Source: Omnitrophica WOR_2 bacterium GWF2_43_52 (GTDB taxonomy: Bacteria > Omnitrophota > Gorgyraeia > Gygaellales > UBA12090). Taken from it: a DNA stretch of 64,000 bases. The notes beneath the pieces are model-generated. The model was not told where the DNA came from and searched no databases. It saw only the letters and a list, made by a program, of their open reading frames with translations. Shown here piece after piece: positions 1 through 9,058 of this stretch (position 1 is the first letter of the stretch; each line of letters starts with the position of its first letter). The stretch lies in assembly GCA_001805445.1 (NCBI GenBank), contig MHGF01000003.1, positions 248,429 through 312,428 on the forward strand, in the 5' to 3' direction. Position numbers and translations under genes: made by a program.

Positions 1-110
1 TTGCGAATATCCTGAAACAATATTGTGGTGTTATTTGCAAAGGAACAGAAATTTTTGAACGTAAATGAATGAATCATTTTATCCCTCCTGAAATTACTAT
101 TTTGACATTA

Positions 111-152
111 TTTGACAATAAAATAATACCATTTTAACGCATTATTGTCAAA
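111..152. repeat. perfect 11-bp inverted repeat TTTGACAATAA / TTATTGTCAAA with a 20-bp spacer in the AT-rich window edge
   Basis: Arms at 111-121 and 142-152. A partial direct copy TTTGACATTA at 101-110. The region 1-570 is markedly AT-rich and has no convincing ORF. Confidence 0.6.
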
Positions 153-570
153 TCCTTTCTTTATCAAAGGAATAATTCAGCAAAATAGCAATAATAACTA
201 CTTTTCCTGTCAAATTCGCATCGTTACAAGGAAGTTTAGTAAATCGAGTAAAATAATCAATATTTGTCGAATTAGACTAATTTTGCACCTAGATTGATGA
301 TTTTATGCCCCGAAATATCAGTTGTAACTTCTTGTTTCACGATGTACGGGATGTAAAAATATACCTGCCTCCTTATCGGATAAATTGTTAGATTTGTTTT
401 TGTGAATTTTAAAATCGCTAACATTTTTTGCATTTTTTGGTCATAACCGGCTCTCTTTGCTTCTGCGTTCTTCACTTAAAGTTTCCAAACACAATTCTAT
501 TAAATAAGCCTGCTCGTCGGTACACTTATTCTAAGGTTTAATTCAACAAAAACCTTTCGGAATCTTACTT

Positions 571-2199
571 TCAGGGATTAGTGTATTCTTTTATTGTTTT
601 CATCTCCAGTATCCTGTCCACCCGAAAGACCCTGGTTTCCTGGCGCTTAAGGCAGAAGGCCTCAAGGCCGATAAACTGTTTATCCTGATAAGACATATCT
701 CCCACACGCCGCGGCTTAATCTGACGGCGGGTTTTTTCATCGCTTGCCTTAAGATAGGTTATCTCAAGGCAGAGTTTATGGGTTATTGCCTCTTTAATCA
801 TACTTAGCTTATCCTCAAAAGGCATATCCCGTTCGGAAAGGGCATACTGGTGGCCGGTAACAAACCGGACTACGCGCCTGTCCATAAGGATATCGGATTT
901 TCTTAAGGGCCGGATGAGCGATATCCCTTCAAATGACCGGCAGCGGCTTAAGGCCACATAGGTCTGGCCGTGGGCAAAGGCGCCGCGGCCCATATCAATA
1001 ATCACCCGCTCAAAGGTCTTGCCTTGGCTCTTATGAATAGTAATTGCCCAGGCAAGCTTTAAGGGGTATTGGGTAAAGGAACCTACGGTTTCGGCCTCAA
1101 TCATAGAGCTGGTTTCATTAAAGCTAAAATGAAATATCTCCCAGCTAAAGGGTAAGACTTCTTCTATGTTCCCTTCGGCTAACTTGACTAGAATCGAATC
1201 CGCGTTTTTCTCCCGGTTAGATTTTATCTCGGTAATCTTCCCCAGAGAGCCGTTAACCCACCTTCCCGCGGTATCATTGTTAAGCAGCATTACTTGCGCG
1301 CCGACAGATAGGCGCAATTCAGGATCTGTGGGATGGGAATATTCCTTAAAGTCCCCCTCTATCTTCGCGCTATAGCTGTGTATTTTGGTTTTGAGCCTGT
1401 TGAGATGCTCCGCGTTAATCTCGGCGGCAGTTTTATTGGTAGTTCCCAGGCGCACTGTATAGCCGGAATTGCCGCCTGCCGCGACATCCGCGCCTACCCG
1501 CCTGTTTAGCAACGTTAAATCTTCATCAGTGATGGAGTTGTTACGAATGGCGTTAAGAAGGCCGATAAATTTTTTATCTTTCTGACGGTAGATTTTTTCC
1601 AACTCAATAAGCTCCATAGGAAATTCCTGAAATACCGCCGCGTCAAAAAAATACTGGCTTTGGTAGTGGGAGCGAAAGATATCTTGTTCTCTTGAGGTTA
1701 CTACCGGAGGCAGTTGGTAGAGGTCGCCGATAAATATCATCTGGATGCCGCCAAAGGGCCGCCTGGAATCCCCGGCATTGAGCCGCAGGAACTTATCCAC
1801 GCAATCAAGCAGATCCGCCCTGACCATTGATACTTCATCAATGATAATGGCGTCTATTTCTTTAAAAATACACCCCCTCTTACCGCTATGCTTTTTTACT
1901 TTTTGCAGGATAATGTCCGGTTTGAAGCGGAAGAAAGAATGGATAGTCTCCCCCCGGACATTAAGGGCGGCTACACCGGTGGGAGCCAGAACAACTACTT
2001 TCTTATCCGTATGGCCCCGGAAATAATCCAAGAGGGTGGATTTACCGGTGCCGGCTTTTCCGGTAACAAACACGTTCTTAGAGGTATGCTCCATTACCTC
2101 CAGAGCCTTCTTGAACTCCGCGTTTATTTCAATATTTTTAAGCGCCAGGGTTACCCCTTTTTTGTTTTCAAAGGTTGGACTTGATATGTATGCCCGCAA
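571..2199 (-). CDS. PIF1/RecD-like superfamily 1 DNA helicase with C-terminal WYL-like domain
   Basis: Walker A GKAGTGKST near the N-terminus and SF1 helicase motifs (DEVSM, QLPPV) in a PIF1-like arrangement. The C-terminal ~70 aa (KPRRV...FIGLEAFCLKRQETRVFRVDRI) match the WYL-domain pattern (aromatic-L ... R-x-F-R-x-D-R-I). Confidence 0.8.
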   Translation of the reverse strand: MRAYISSPTFENKKGVTLALKNIEINAEFKKALEVMEHTSKNVFVTGKAGTGKSTLLDYFRGHTDKKVVVLAPTGVAALNVRGETIHSFFRFKPDIILQKVKKHSGKRGCIFKEIDAIIIDEVSMVRADLLDCVDKFLRLNAGDSRRPFGGIQMIFIGDLYQLPPVVTSREQDIFRSHYQSQYFFDAAVFQEFPMELIELEKIYRQKDKKFIGLLNAIRNNSITDEDLTLLNRRVGADVAAGGNSGYTVRLGTTNKTAAEINAEHLNRLKTKIHSYSAKIEGDFKEYSHPTDPELRLSVGAQVMLLNNDTAGRWVNGSLGKITEIKSNREKNADSILVKLAEGNIEEVLPFSWEIFHFSFNETSSMIEAETVGSFTQYPLKLAWAITIHKSQGKTFERVIIDMGRGAFAHGQTYVALSRCRSFEGISLIRPLRKSDILMDRRVVRFVTGHQYALSERDMPFEDKLSMIKEAITHKLCLEITYLKASDEKTRRQIKPRRVGDMSYQDKQFIGLEAFCLKRQETRVFRVDRILEMKTIKEYTNP

Positions 2200-3157
2200 A
2201 CCTATCTAAGCCTTGCTCATCCTGGGTCCAGCCGTTATACAGGCCATAAGAATGCATTATATTCATTGCTTCTTGATATTCTTCCAGGGTCAACCGCCGG
2301 GTTAATTCAGGGTAATCCTTAGCTTTGTGGCAGGGAAAATACTGGCTCATCAGGCTGATATGGGTATCTGTCCCTAATTCCCTGGCAATAAAAGCCATAA
2401 TCTCCTCGGTACCGGAAAGTTTATTGGGCAGGACCAGATGCCGGATGAGCAGGCCTTTTTCTATAATTTCATCGGGGCTGAATTTTACAACTCCCACCTG
2501 GTGCCGCATTTCCTTAATCGCGGCCTGATTTATAGCCGGATAGTCTTTGGCCTGGGAAAATCTTGAGGCAGTCTGGCTGTCAAAGTAGCGGGCATCCGGC
2601 ATGTAGATGTCAAAAATACCCTCTAAAAGCCTTAAAGTCTCTACTGAATCATATCCGCTGGAGTTATACACCAAGGGTATTTTTAGGCCTTTTTCCACGG
2701 CTAAGACTACGGCCATTAATATCTGGGGGATGTTATGGGTAGGGGTAACAAAATTGACGTTATGACAGCCTTCTTGCTGTAATTCCAGCATAAAGGAGGC
2801 CAACTCCTCATCCCCTGTCTCCTTGCCTTTATCCAACTGGCTGAATTCATAGTTCTGGCAGTAGACGCACCGTAAATTACAGTTAGTAAAAAAGATTGTC
2901 CCAGAGCCGTTAGTCCCGGATATTCCGGGTTCTTCCCCGTGGTGGCAAAAATAACTGTAAACTTTAGCTTTTTTACCTGTCTTGCAGAAACCCTGCTTAT
3001 TTTCTAAACGGTTCACTTTACAGTTGCGAGGGCAGATATCGCAACGTGAAAGCGCGGAAAAAAGCATTTCTGCCTTTTTTTTCAGGCTGCCGTCTTTATA
3101 CGCGCTTAGGTATCGCGGATACATTGCGTTGCTCATAGTATAATGTTCGTATAGCAT
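2168..3157 (-). CDS. radical SAM enzyme, PFL-activase-like (PflX / AmmeMemoRadiSam-type)
   Basis: N-terminal CDICPRNC...GFC cysteine motif followed by the canonical CNLRCVYCQN (CX3CX2C) radical SAM cluster motif. Length ~329 aa. The true start may be an internal Met, since the ORF overlaps the upstream gene. Confidence 0.7.
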   Translation of the reverse strand: MLYEHYTMSNAMYPRYLSAYKDGSLKKKAEMLFSALSRCDICPRNCKVNRLENKQGFCKTGKKAKVYSYFCHHGEEPGISGTNGSGTIFFTNCNLRCVYCQNYEFSQLDKGKETGDEELASFMLELQQEGCHNVNFVTPTHNIPQILMAVVLAVEKGLKIPLVYNSSGYDSVETLRLLEGIFDIYMPDARYFDSQTASRFSQAKDYPAINQAAIKEMRHQVGVVKFSPDEIIEKGLLIRHLVLPNKLSGTEEIMAFIARELGTDTHISLMSQYFPCHKAKDYPELTRRLTLEEYQEAMNIMHSYGLYNGWTQDEQGLDRFAGIHIKSNL

Positions 3158-3641
3158 TAAAAATACTTATATATTCCTTACTCTGATAATCAGGGTACGT
3201 CCATTGCCAGGGGGTAAAACTATCCTGTTTGAAATAAAGTGTTACCTCAGCGAATATCCCTTTTCCAAGATAAATTCGGTGCGCATTATCCTTGGTGGTT
3301 GCTAATATAAGTTTGCCTAAATTGAGCATCCCGGGATCGATATTAATTAAACGCTTCCCGTTTCTGGAAAACCGTTTTTCCAAGGCATTGGTATGCCGTT
3401 TTATCGCTGGTAATCTATCCTCGGGAATTAATGGCCCGAAACTGATAAAGAGGCGCTGTAGAGGTTTTCCAAATTCAGGATAATAATAATCTGTATAGAT
3501 AAAGTCCAACTCTTGGCTGCAATAATCAATGCCGCCATAACGCTTCTTTAAAGCTGCCAGGGCCCTTTCTTTTATGGCGCTTTCACGATAGATGAGCCCT
3601 ATAACAAGCTTTCCAGGATGGGGTAACTTGAGAAGTCCCAC
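3096..3641 (-). CDS. DUF4416-family protein
   Basis: ~180 aa ORF whose overall sequence pattern I recall as DUF4416 (common in Deltaproteobacteria-like genomes). No catalytic motif recognised. Confidence 0.4.
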   Translation of the reverse strand: MGLLKLPHPGKLVIGLIYRESAIKERALAALKKRYGGIDYCSQELDFIYTDYYYPEFGKPLQRLFISFGPLIPEDRLPAIKRHTNALEKRFSRNGKRLINIDPGMLNLGKLILATTKDNAHRIYLGKGIFAEVTLYFKQDSFTPWQWTYPDYQSKEYISIFNAIRTLYYEQRNVSAIPKRV

Positions 3642-3737
3642 GGGGAATTATTTTTGGTTAAAGGATGGTACGCTTGGCGGATTTTTCATGAATAAAAATG
3701 TATGTGAAGGCTTATTGTGGGAGGGTCTTTTATTCTC

Positions 3738-4136
3738 TTATGCCGCAAGAAACGGCGTTACGGGCTCCTGGAGGTGGCTTTCTATATACTCCCGTATGGC
3801 GTTTGCGTCAGATTCCTTTAAATCATTAAAAAATACTGCTATATCAAATTTACCCTTTGCTTCTTTAGCCTCTTCTACCCTGACGACCACGCCTTTACAG
3901 TGCAATTGCTTAGTAACCGTTTTATCATGTGTGCGTTTAACCGGCAATAAAAGCAAGAGAGTAACCTTAGACATCAATTCAATACTTTTGTCTACCTGAC
4001 AGCAGATTCCTGACAAACTGATATTATGCGTTTGGGCGGCAAGGTCAAACGAATCCGCCTGCACTTTAAGGGGAATCAGCTTCTGGAGGCGAGGATGCTG
4101 CCTTCTTTCGGGATGATTGAGCCTATTCTTGAGCAT
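3738..4136 (-). CDS. PilZ domain protein (c-di-GMP receptor)
   Basis: RRQHPR ... DISLSGI motifs, corresponding to the RxxxR and D/NxSxGG c-di-GMP-binding signatures of PilZ. Confidence 0.7.
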   Translation of the reverse strand: MLKNRLNHPERRQHPRLQKLIPLKVQADSFDLAAQTHNISLSGICCQVDKSIELMSKVTLLLLLPVKRTHDKTVTKQLHCKGVVVRVEEAKEAKGKFDIAVFFNDLKESDANAIREYIESHLQEPVTPFLAA

Positions 4137-4299
4137 CTTTTTCGTTTTTGAGCCTGGTTTTCTCGAGATGGGTTTTATAACAGCGTTTCGTGCAGAAATA
4201 TTTGCTATCGCGATAATAACGCCTTACTTTTTTTACCGGTTTACCACAGCCGCCGCAATTACCAAACCTTTCCTTTTTATTTTTCTTTTCTTCTGCCAT
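4123..4299 (-). CDS. small zinc-ribbon protein (~58 aa), not in the ORF track
   Basis: Manual translation of the minus strand gives MAEEKKNKKERFGNCGGCGKPVKKVRRYYRDSKYFCTKRCYKTHLEKTRLKNEKDAQE, with CxxC ... CxxxC. It fills the gap between two PilZ genes and its stop overlaps the start of the downstream PilZ gene. Confidence 0.35.
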   Translation of the reverse strand: MAEEKKNKKERFGNCGGCGKPVKKVRRYYRDSKYFCTKRCYKTHLEKTRLKNEKDAQE

Positions 4300-4338
4300 A
4301 GTTCCTTTTTCTTTAGGGTTTTTGTTTATGGTGTAGGA

Positions 4339-4686
4339 TTATCGATGAGTAGAGACATATTCGGCAATACTACGCTTGGTATCATAGCTGATGTCTTCAA
4401 AGGTTAGCCCTATCTGATAACGCGATGAATAAGCAACCTGATGGGTCCACTGCACCTTGCCGCTAAGCACTATCAATTTATCCGGTTTAAGATTTACTTT
4501 TACAGACACGCGGGAGAACTTTGGGATGAATTCCTCCATGGTCATCCTGAGGCCATTTTCTGATATGTCCTGGGTCAAACCATTACCGTGTTTACCTTCA
4601 ACAATAGATTCATACTGCGCCGGAAGGCTGCTTTTTACTCTATTGCTTCGTCTTTTTTCAATCCAATCATTCTCATACATAGCCAC
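4339..4686 (-). CDS. PilZ domain protein (c-di-GMP receptor)
   Basis: RRSNRV ... DISENGL PilZ signature motifs, 115 aa. Confidence 0.7.
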   Translation of the reverse strand: MAMYENDWIEKRRSNRVKSSLPAQYESIVEGKHGNGLTQDISENGLRMTMEEFIPKFSRVSVKVNLKPDKLIVLSGKVQWTHQVAYSSRYQIGLTFEDISYDTKRSIAEYVSTHR

Positions 4687-4882
4687 ACTGCCTTGTCTTT
4701 CATTATTTACGAACCTAGATACCTTCTTTAGGGCATCTCTAGCGCCCGTGAGGAGCCGTGGCTATACATCCTCCCTCTCTTGCTCATTACTTGTAGTGAG
4801 CCCTTCAACCTCTTTAAAAATAACATATTTACAGCCCTTTGTCAATACTTTACAAAGATTTTTTTTCTGCTATACTATAGGC

Positions 4883-5695
4883 ATGTATTGCGCATTCTAT
4901 GGCTTCAAAGAAAAGCCTTTCAACGTCACCAGTGACCCCTCCTTCTTTTTCTCAAGTAAAAAACATAGAGAGGCTATTGCCTGCTTATCCTATGGCATTA
5001 AGGAACGGAAAGGCATTATGACGGTTACCGGTGAAATCGGAACAGGAAAAACCACCTTATGCCGCAGCCTTTTAAGGCAATTAGACAAATCGGTCAAAAC
5101 CGCGGTCATTCTCAATCCCTATTTTTCTGACGTGCAATTACTGGAACTCATTGTTCAGGATTTCGGGATTAAGATTACAAAACGCTCGCGGCTGCACATT
5201 GTCAACGAGCTTAACGCCTTCCTCATTCGCGAATCGGCACAAAACAATAACGCGGTGATTATCATTGATGAAGCGCAAAACCTCACGGTGAGGCAATTAG
5301 AGCAAATACGGCTTCTTTCTAATCTTGAAACGGATAAAGAAAAACTTTTGCAAATTATCCTTATAGGCCAACCTGAACTAAGGGAAAAACTCAATCTCCA
5401 TCAATTACGCCAAATAAAACAACGCGTCATGGTAGATTATCATATAGAGCCTCTTGATCAGGATGAACTAACACAGTATATCCGCCACCGCCTTAGTATT
5501 GCCACCCAATCACATAGCGTCAAAAAACTTAGTTTTAATGATACCGCGGTAGCATCAATTTTCGCGTTTTCTCAAGGCGTGCCGCGGCTTATCAATTTAA
5601 TCTGCGAAAGAGCGCTTCTCTTAAGCTTTGTTCAAGAAAAAAACACAATAACCGAAACAATTATTGCCAACTGCATCAACGATATTAAACTTTAA
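4883..5695 (+). CDS. ExeA/GspA-like AAA ATPase (MshM family)
   Basis: Walker A GEIGTGKTT, Walker B IIIDEAQNL, overall ExeA-like layout. Start moved to an internal ATG at 4883, because the upstream part of the ORF overlaps the PilZ gene on the other strand and has no homology. Confidence 0.75.
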   Translation: MYCAFYGFKEKPFNVTSDPSFFFSSKKHREAIACLSYGIKERKGIMTVTGEIGTGKTTLCRSLLRQLDKSVKTAVILNPYFSDVQLLELIVQDFGIKITKRSRLHIVNELNAFLIRESAQNNNAVIIIDEAQNLTVRQLEQIRLLSNLETDKEKLLQIILIGQPELREKLNLHQLRQIKQRVMVDYHIEPLDQDELTQYIRHRLSIATQSHSVKKLSFNDTAVASIFAFSQGVPRLINLICERALLLSFVQEKNTITETIIANCINDIKL

Positions 5696-5708
5696 AGAAA
5701 GGGGCCCG

Positions 5709-6230
5709 ATGAGCATAATTTATGATGCCTTAAAAAAAACACAGAACATTGACCCAAACTCCCCACTAAGCAGGCAAGAGCTTCCGGGACAACAGCAGGC
5801 GGCTCCTTCTGAAAACAAGACTCCTCCTAAAAAACCGGGATGGCTAGCTATGGGGATCGTTATTATCCTTCTTCTTTCGGGCTATCTTTTCATACAGAAA
5901 ACAGGCATTCTTTCTGCCGGCAAGTCAACGCATACTAAGTCAAAGGAGAATTTCTTTCAGGCACTTTTTAAATCCCGCAAGGAAGGAAAAAACACCAAAC
6001 AGACTTTATACCCTCCCGCAACGCCTGCTCCGGAAAGAACCTACCCTAACGATCCTATGCGCCTTGTTCTTGAAGGAATCATGATTTCTAACGATAACAA
6101 TACCGCGCTTATTAACGGGCAGGTCTGTATTGTTGGGGATACTATTGAAGGGGCACTGATCGAGGCAATAAACGAAAAGGAAGTACATCTCTCCTATCAA
6201 GGCCAGAAAATAACGCTAAAGAATAAATAA
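5709..6230 (+). CDS. GspB/ExeB-like membrane protein with a C-terminal T2SS-B-like domain
   Basis: Immediately downstream of the exeA-like gene. Single TM helix (GWLAMGIVIILLLSGYLFI). C-terminal LINGQVCIVGDTIEGALIEAI...V.L resembles the GspB C-terminal domain. RBS aaggggcc before the ATG at 5709. Confidence 0.5.
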   Translation: MSIIYDALKKTQNIDPNSPLSRQELPGQQQAAPSENKTPPKKPGWLAMGIVIILLLSGYLFIQKTGILSAGKSTHTKSKENFFQALFKSRKEGKNTKQTLYPPATPAPERTYPNDPMRLVLEGIMISNDNNTALINGQVCIVGDTIEGALIEAINEKEVHLSYQGQKITLKNK

Positions 6231-7313
6231 TTCCCTTACCGATTGGTAAATAAGCTTTTCCGGGACATTTCGATAGACAAGGGGTTTTCCTATACCCTTG
6301 AGAAGCACAAAGCGGTTGATTTTTCCGATAAACTTTTTATCTAAGCGATATGCCTTAAGAACATCTGTTTCCTTAAGCCCCATAATTTCCTGAGGCAATC
6401 CTATGTGAGCAATAAGGCTATTGATGCGTTGATAGGTTTTCGCGTCCAGAAGCCCGAGGTTTTGGCTGATTCTACAGGCTGAAAGCATGCCCATTGCCAC
6501 AGCTTCGCCATGGGTATATTTGTCATATTTTCCGGCTGCCTCAACGGCATGGCCTATAGTATGGCCGAAGTTTAAGATAGTTCGTATCCCCTTCTCTTCT
6601 CTTTCATCCCTGCAGACAATCCCGGCTTTAATTCTGGCGCATTCAAAAACCAACGATTCTAATGTTTGTTTGTTTTTAGAGAAAACAGCCTGAGAATTTT
6701 TTTCTAAGAAATTCAATAAGCGGGTGTTCTTAATAACAGCATATTTAACCGCTTCGCTAAGCCCCGCGCGCATCTGCCTTTTGTCAAGCGAAGAAAGGAA
6801 ATTTACGTCGCAGAGCACTAAGCGCGGCTGATAAAAGGTCCCCACCAAATTCTTTGCCATAGGCAAATCGATAGCCGTTTTTCCGCCGATGCTTGAATCT
6901 ATCTGGGCAAGTAATGTAGTCGGCACCTGCACAAGAGGCACACCTCGTTTATAGATACTGGCCACAAAGCTTGCCAAATCTCCTACCACCCCGCCCCCAA
7001 ACGCAAGAACGGTTATTTTTCGCTGCCTGGCATATTCGGCTAAAGAATTAATAAGTTTTACCGCGCTCTTAATCGATTTTGCTTTTTCACTATCAATGGT
7101 GGTGAAAAACTTAAGAGTAAATCCCTTATGGCTGAATACTGATTTTAGCGTGTTGGCGTAATACTGTTTAACAAGCGTATTAGTAACAACCGCTATATCG
7201 CGGGGTAATTTTAAGGAAGTAAAATACCTCGGTAAATACTTTATACTGCCGCTGCCGATGACTATAGGATAGCGCCTATAGCGGCCGCTTAAACTGACGC
7301 ATATTTTTCTCAT
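6216..7313 (-). CDS. aroB: 3-dehydroquinate synthase
   Basis: GGGVVGDLASFVAS nucleotide-binding motif and overall AroB similarity, 365 aa. Confidence 0.85.
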   Translation of the reverse strand: MRKICVSLSGRYRRYPIVIGSGSIKYLPRYFTSLKLPRDIAVVTNTLVKQYYANTLKSVFSHKGFTLKFFTTIDSEKAKSIKSAVKLINSLAEYARQRKITVLAFGGGVVGDLASFVASIYKRGVPLVQVPTTLLAQIDSSIGGKTAIDLPMAKNLVGTFYQPRLVLCDVNFLSSLDKRQMRAGLSEAVKYAVIKNTRLLNFLEKNSQAVFSKNKQTLESLVFECARIKAGIVCRDEREEKGIRTILNFGHTIGHAVEAAGKYDKYTHGEAVAMGMLSACRISQNLGLLDAKTYQRINSLIAHIGLPQEIMGLKETDVLKAYRLDKKFIGKINRFVLLKGIGKPLVYRNVPEKLIYQSVRELFIL

Positions 7314-7314
7314 C

Positions 7315-7926
7315 TTATATCCCCACCCGGAATATGGCTAGAATCATCGTTACTATAGGCCATAAAATACGGTCTACTATCCTTAAATAAAGCAGGATAA
7401 ATAAAATCACAAACCCGTAACGCTCAAATTTCATGTATTCTTTCGCCAGAGCCGCGGGAAGAAGCCCGAATAATACGCGAGAGCCATCTAAAGGCGGGAT
7501 GGGTATCAGATTAAAAACAGCCAGAACCACATTGTTTATGATTGCCTGTATAATAAGCGCCGAGATAAATAAAGGGAGAACAAAAGGCATCTTGAGGATA
7601 AGGCTTAAGATGAACGCGGCCACAATATTTGCTAATGGCCCAGCCAACCCTACCAAAATGATATCCCGCTTGGGATGCTTTAACCCCCAGTAACTGATGG
7701 GGACTGGTTTTGCCCAGCCAAAAATAACCGGTGACCTGGTAATGATAAGTACCGCGGGAAGTAAAATTGTTCCGAAAGGATCAATATGGGCAAGGGGATT
7801 GAGGGTAAGCCGTCCGGCGTATTTGGCAGTTCTATCTCCTAACCAATATGCCATGAGCCCGTGGGAATATTCGTGCACGACAACCGCGAAAAGGAATATT
7901 ACTGATGATAATAAAATAAATTCCAC
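7315..7926 (-). CDS. M50 family (site-2 protease-like) zinc metalloprotease
   Basis: HEYSHGLMA HExxH motif inside a polytopic membrane protein, and a later LDG motif typical of M50. Confidence 0.7.
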   Translation of the reverse strand: MEFILLSSVIFLFAVVVHEYSHGLMAYWLGDRTAKYAGRLTLNPLAHIDPFGTILLPAVLIITRSPVIFGWAKPVPISYWGLKHPKRDIILVGLAGPLANIVAAFILSLILKMPFVLPLFISALIIQAIINNVVLAVFNLIPIPPLDGSRVLFGLLPAALAKEYMKFERYGFVILFILLYLRIVDRILWPIVTMILAIFRVGI

Positions 7927-7951
7927 GCTGCCCTTTCTTCTAAGAGAAAGC

Positions 7952-8227
7952 TTACGCCTTCTTTGCCTGGGCAGCCCCTTTGGCGGCGGTTTTCGCTGCG
8001 GCAGGGCTTGCTGCCTTTGCTCCAGCTGCTGGTGCCGCGGCCTTTTCTTCGGCCTTTTCTTTCTTTACTTTTATTTTTAGAGACTTTATTTTCGGCAAGC
8101 CGTAAACGGAGCTTTGCTCATTAAAGGTGCCTTTCTGTATGGCGTGCTTGATTCTTTCGATTCTCTTTAAGACTGATCTTTGTTTTCGAGCCTTTAAAGT
8201 TATCTTTAAACTTGGGTGTAATGACAT
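7952..8227 (-). CDS. small basic protein with Lys/Ala-rich histone-H1-like tail
   Basis: 91 aa. The C-terminal 40 aa are almost entirely K/A/P (KAEEKAAAPAAGAKAASPAAAKTAAKGAAQAKKA). Family not recognised. Confidence 0.3.
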   Translation of the reverse strand: MSLHPSLKITLKARKQRSVLKRIERIKHAIQKGTFNEQSSVYGLPKIKSLKIKVKKEKAEEKAAAPAAGAKAASPAAAKTAAKGAAQAKKA

Positions 8228-8228
8228 G

Positions 8229-9044
8229 CTATAATCTCCTTATCATACAATCGGGATATCTGTTTTTTAATTTTTGCTGCATATTTTTCGCTTCCTGGGC
8301 GGCGTTGAATTTCCCAACACAAATCACCGTATAGCTGCCCTTCTGCAGGTCAAATCCGTTATACCCTTTCGTTTTTAAATGCGTTAATTCCTTCGATATG
8401 TTTTTTCTCTGTTGGATACTGGCAACTTGAACGGTATAGGTAGCCGCCTGAGTGCCTTTGGGAACAGGAGCTTTCAGGCTCTTTGGTATATCGGCATCCG
8501 TACGCGCCTGATTACTCTGGCCACTATTCTCTACAGCCACGGCTACGGGTTTTTTTTCACTCTGCTTTAGTCCGATGGCGCCAGGATAAAGAGGCGTGTC
8601 TTGTTGAGCAATGGAGCCCACCAGGGCTAAAGCCCGGGGTTCCTTTTTTTCTTGCCCCTTCGGGGCGGAATCCCGACCGACTCTTTTCTGTCCCGACCGA
8701 AGCGTCGGGGCTCCATCCGCGGCCTGAAGGCCGAGGTTTTGAAGCGTCGGGATAAACGTATCAGCTGTATTTTGAGACGGCACCGGTACTTTTGGCTGCG
8801 CGCTCGTAGTAAGCGGCACAAGGGACGATGCGGCCTTCAAGGCTACCCTTTTTCCCCTTTCCACCCCAAAAGAGTATGATACCAACGAAACAAAGATTAC
8901 CGTAACCAGAGAAAAGATAGCTTTTTGGTATTGGCGCACAAGCGAAGGAGAGCGAAGCCCGTTACGGGAGGAATCCGTTTGAGCCATAGCGATGGATTCA
9001 TTTCCTTGAAACAATTCCAGCTGCTCAGGATTGTGTTTTTCCAT
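8229..9044 (-). CDS. SPOR domain membrane protein (DedD/FtsN-like)
   Basis: N-terminal TM anchor, Pro-rich linker, C-terminal SPOR-like ~75 aa (YTVQVASIQQRKNISKELTHLKTKGYNGFDLQKGSYTVICVGKF). Confidence 0.65.
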   Translation of the reverse strand: MEKHNPEQLELFQGNESIAMAQTDSSRNGLRSPSLVRQYQKAIFSLVTVIFVSLVSYSFGVERGKRVALKAASSLVPLTTSAQPKVPVPSQNTADTFIPTLQNLGLQAADGAPTLRSGQKRVGRDSAPKGQEKKEPRALALVGSIAQQDTPLYPGAIGLKQSEKKPVAVAVENSGQSNQARTDADIPKSLKAPVPKGTQAATYTVQVASIQQRKNISKELTHLKTKGYNGFDLQKGSYTVICVGKFNAAQEAKNMQQKLKNRYPDCMIRRL

Positions 9045-9058
9045 AGTGCCTATTATAA

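Noticed and set aside
272-475. 67-aa ORF in the AT-rich edge region
   Set aside because: No RBS, no recognisable motif, and AT-rich sequence generates such ORFs by chance.
1166-2184. Plus-strand ORFs (69-98 aa) antisense to the helicase and radical SAM genes, and similar antisense ORFs throughout the track
   Set aside because: They lie fully inside strongly supported genes on the opposite strand, lack RBS and start context, and have no motifs. Treated as antisense noise.
8483-8879. Several Arg-rich 60-90-aa ORFs on both strands inside the SPOR-protein gene
   Set aside because: They overlap the Pro/Ala-rich linker-coding region of a well-supported gene. GC-rich repetitive codons create spurious open frames.
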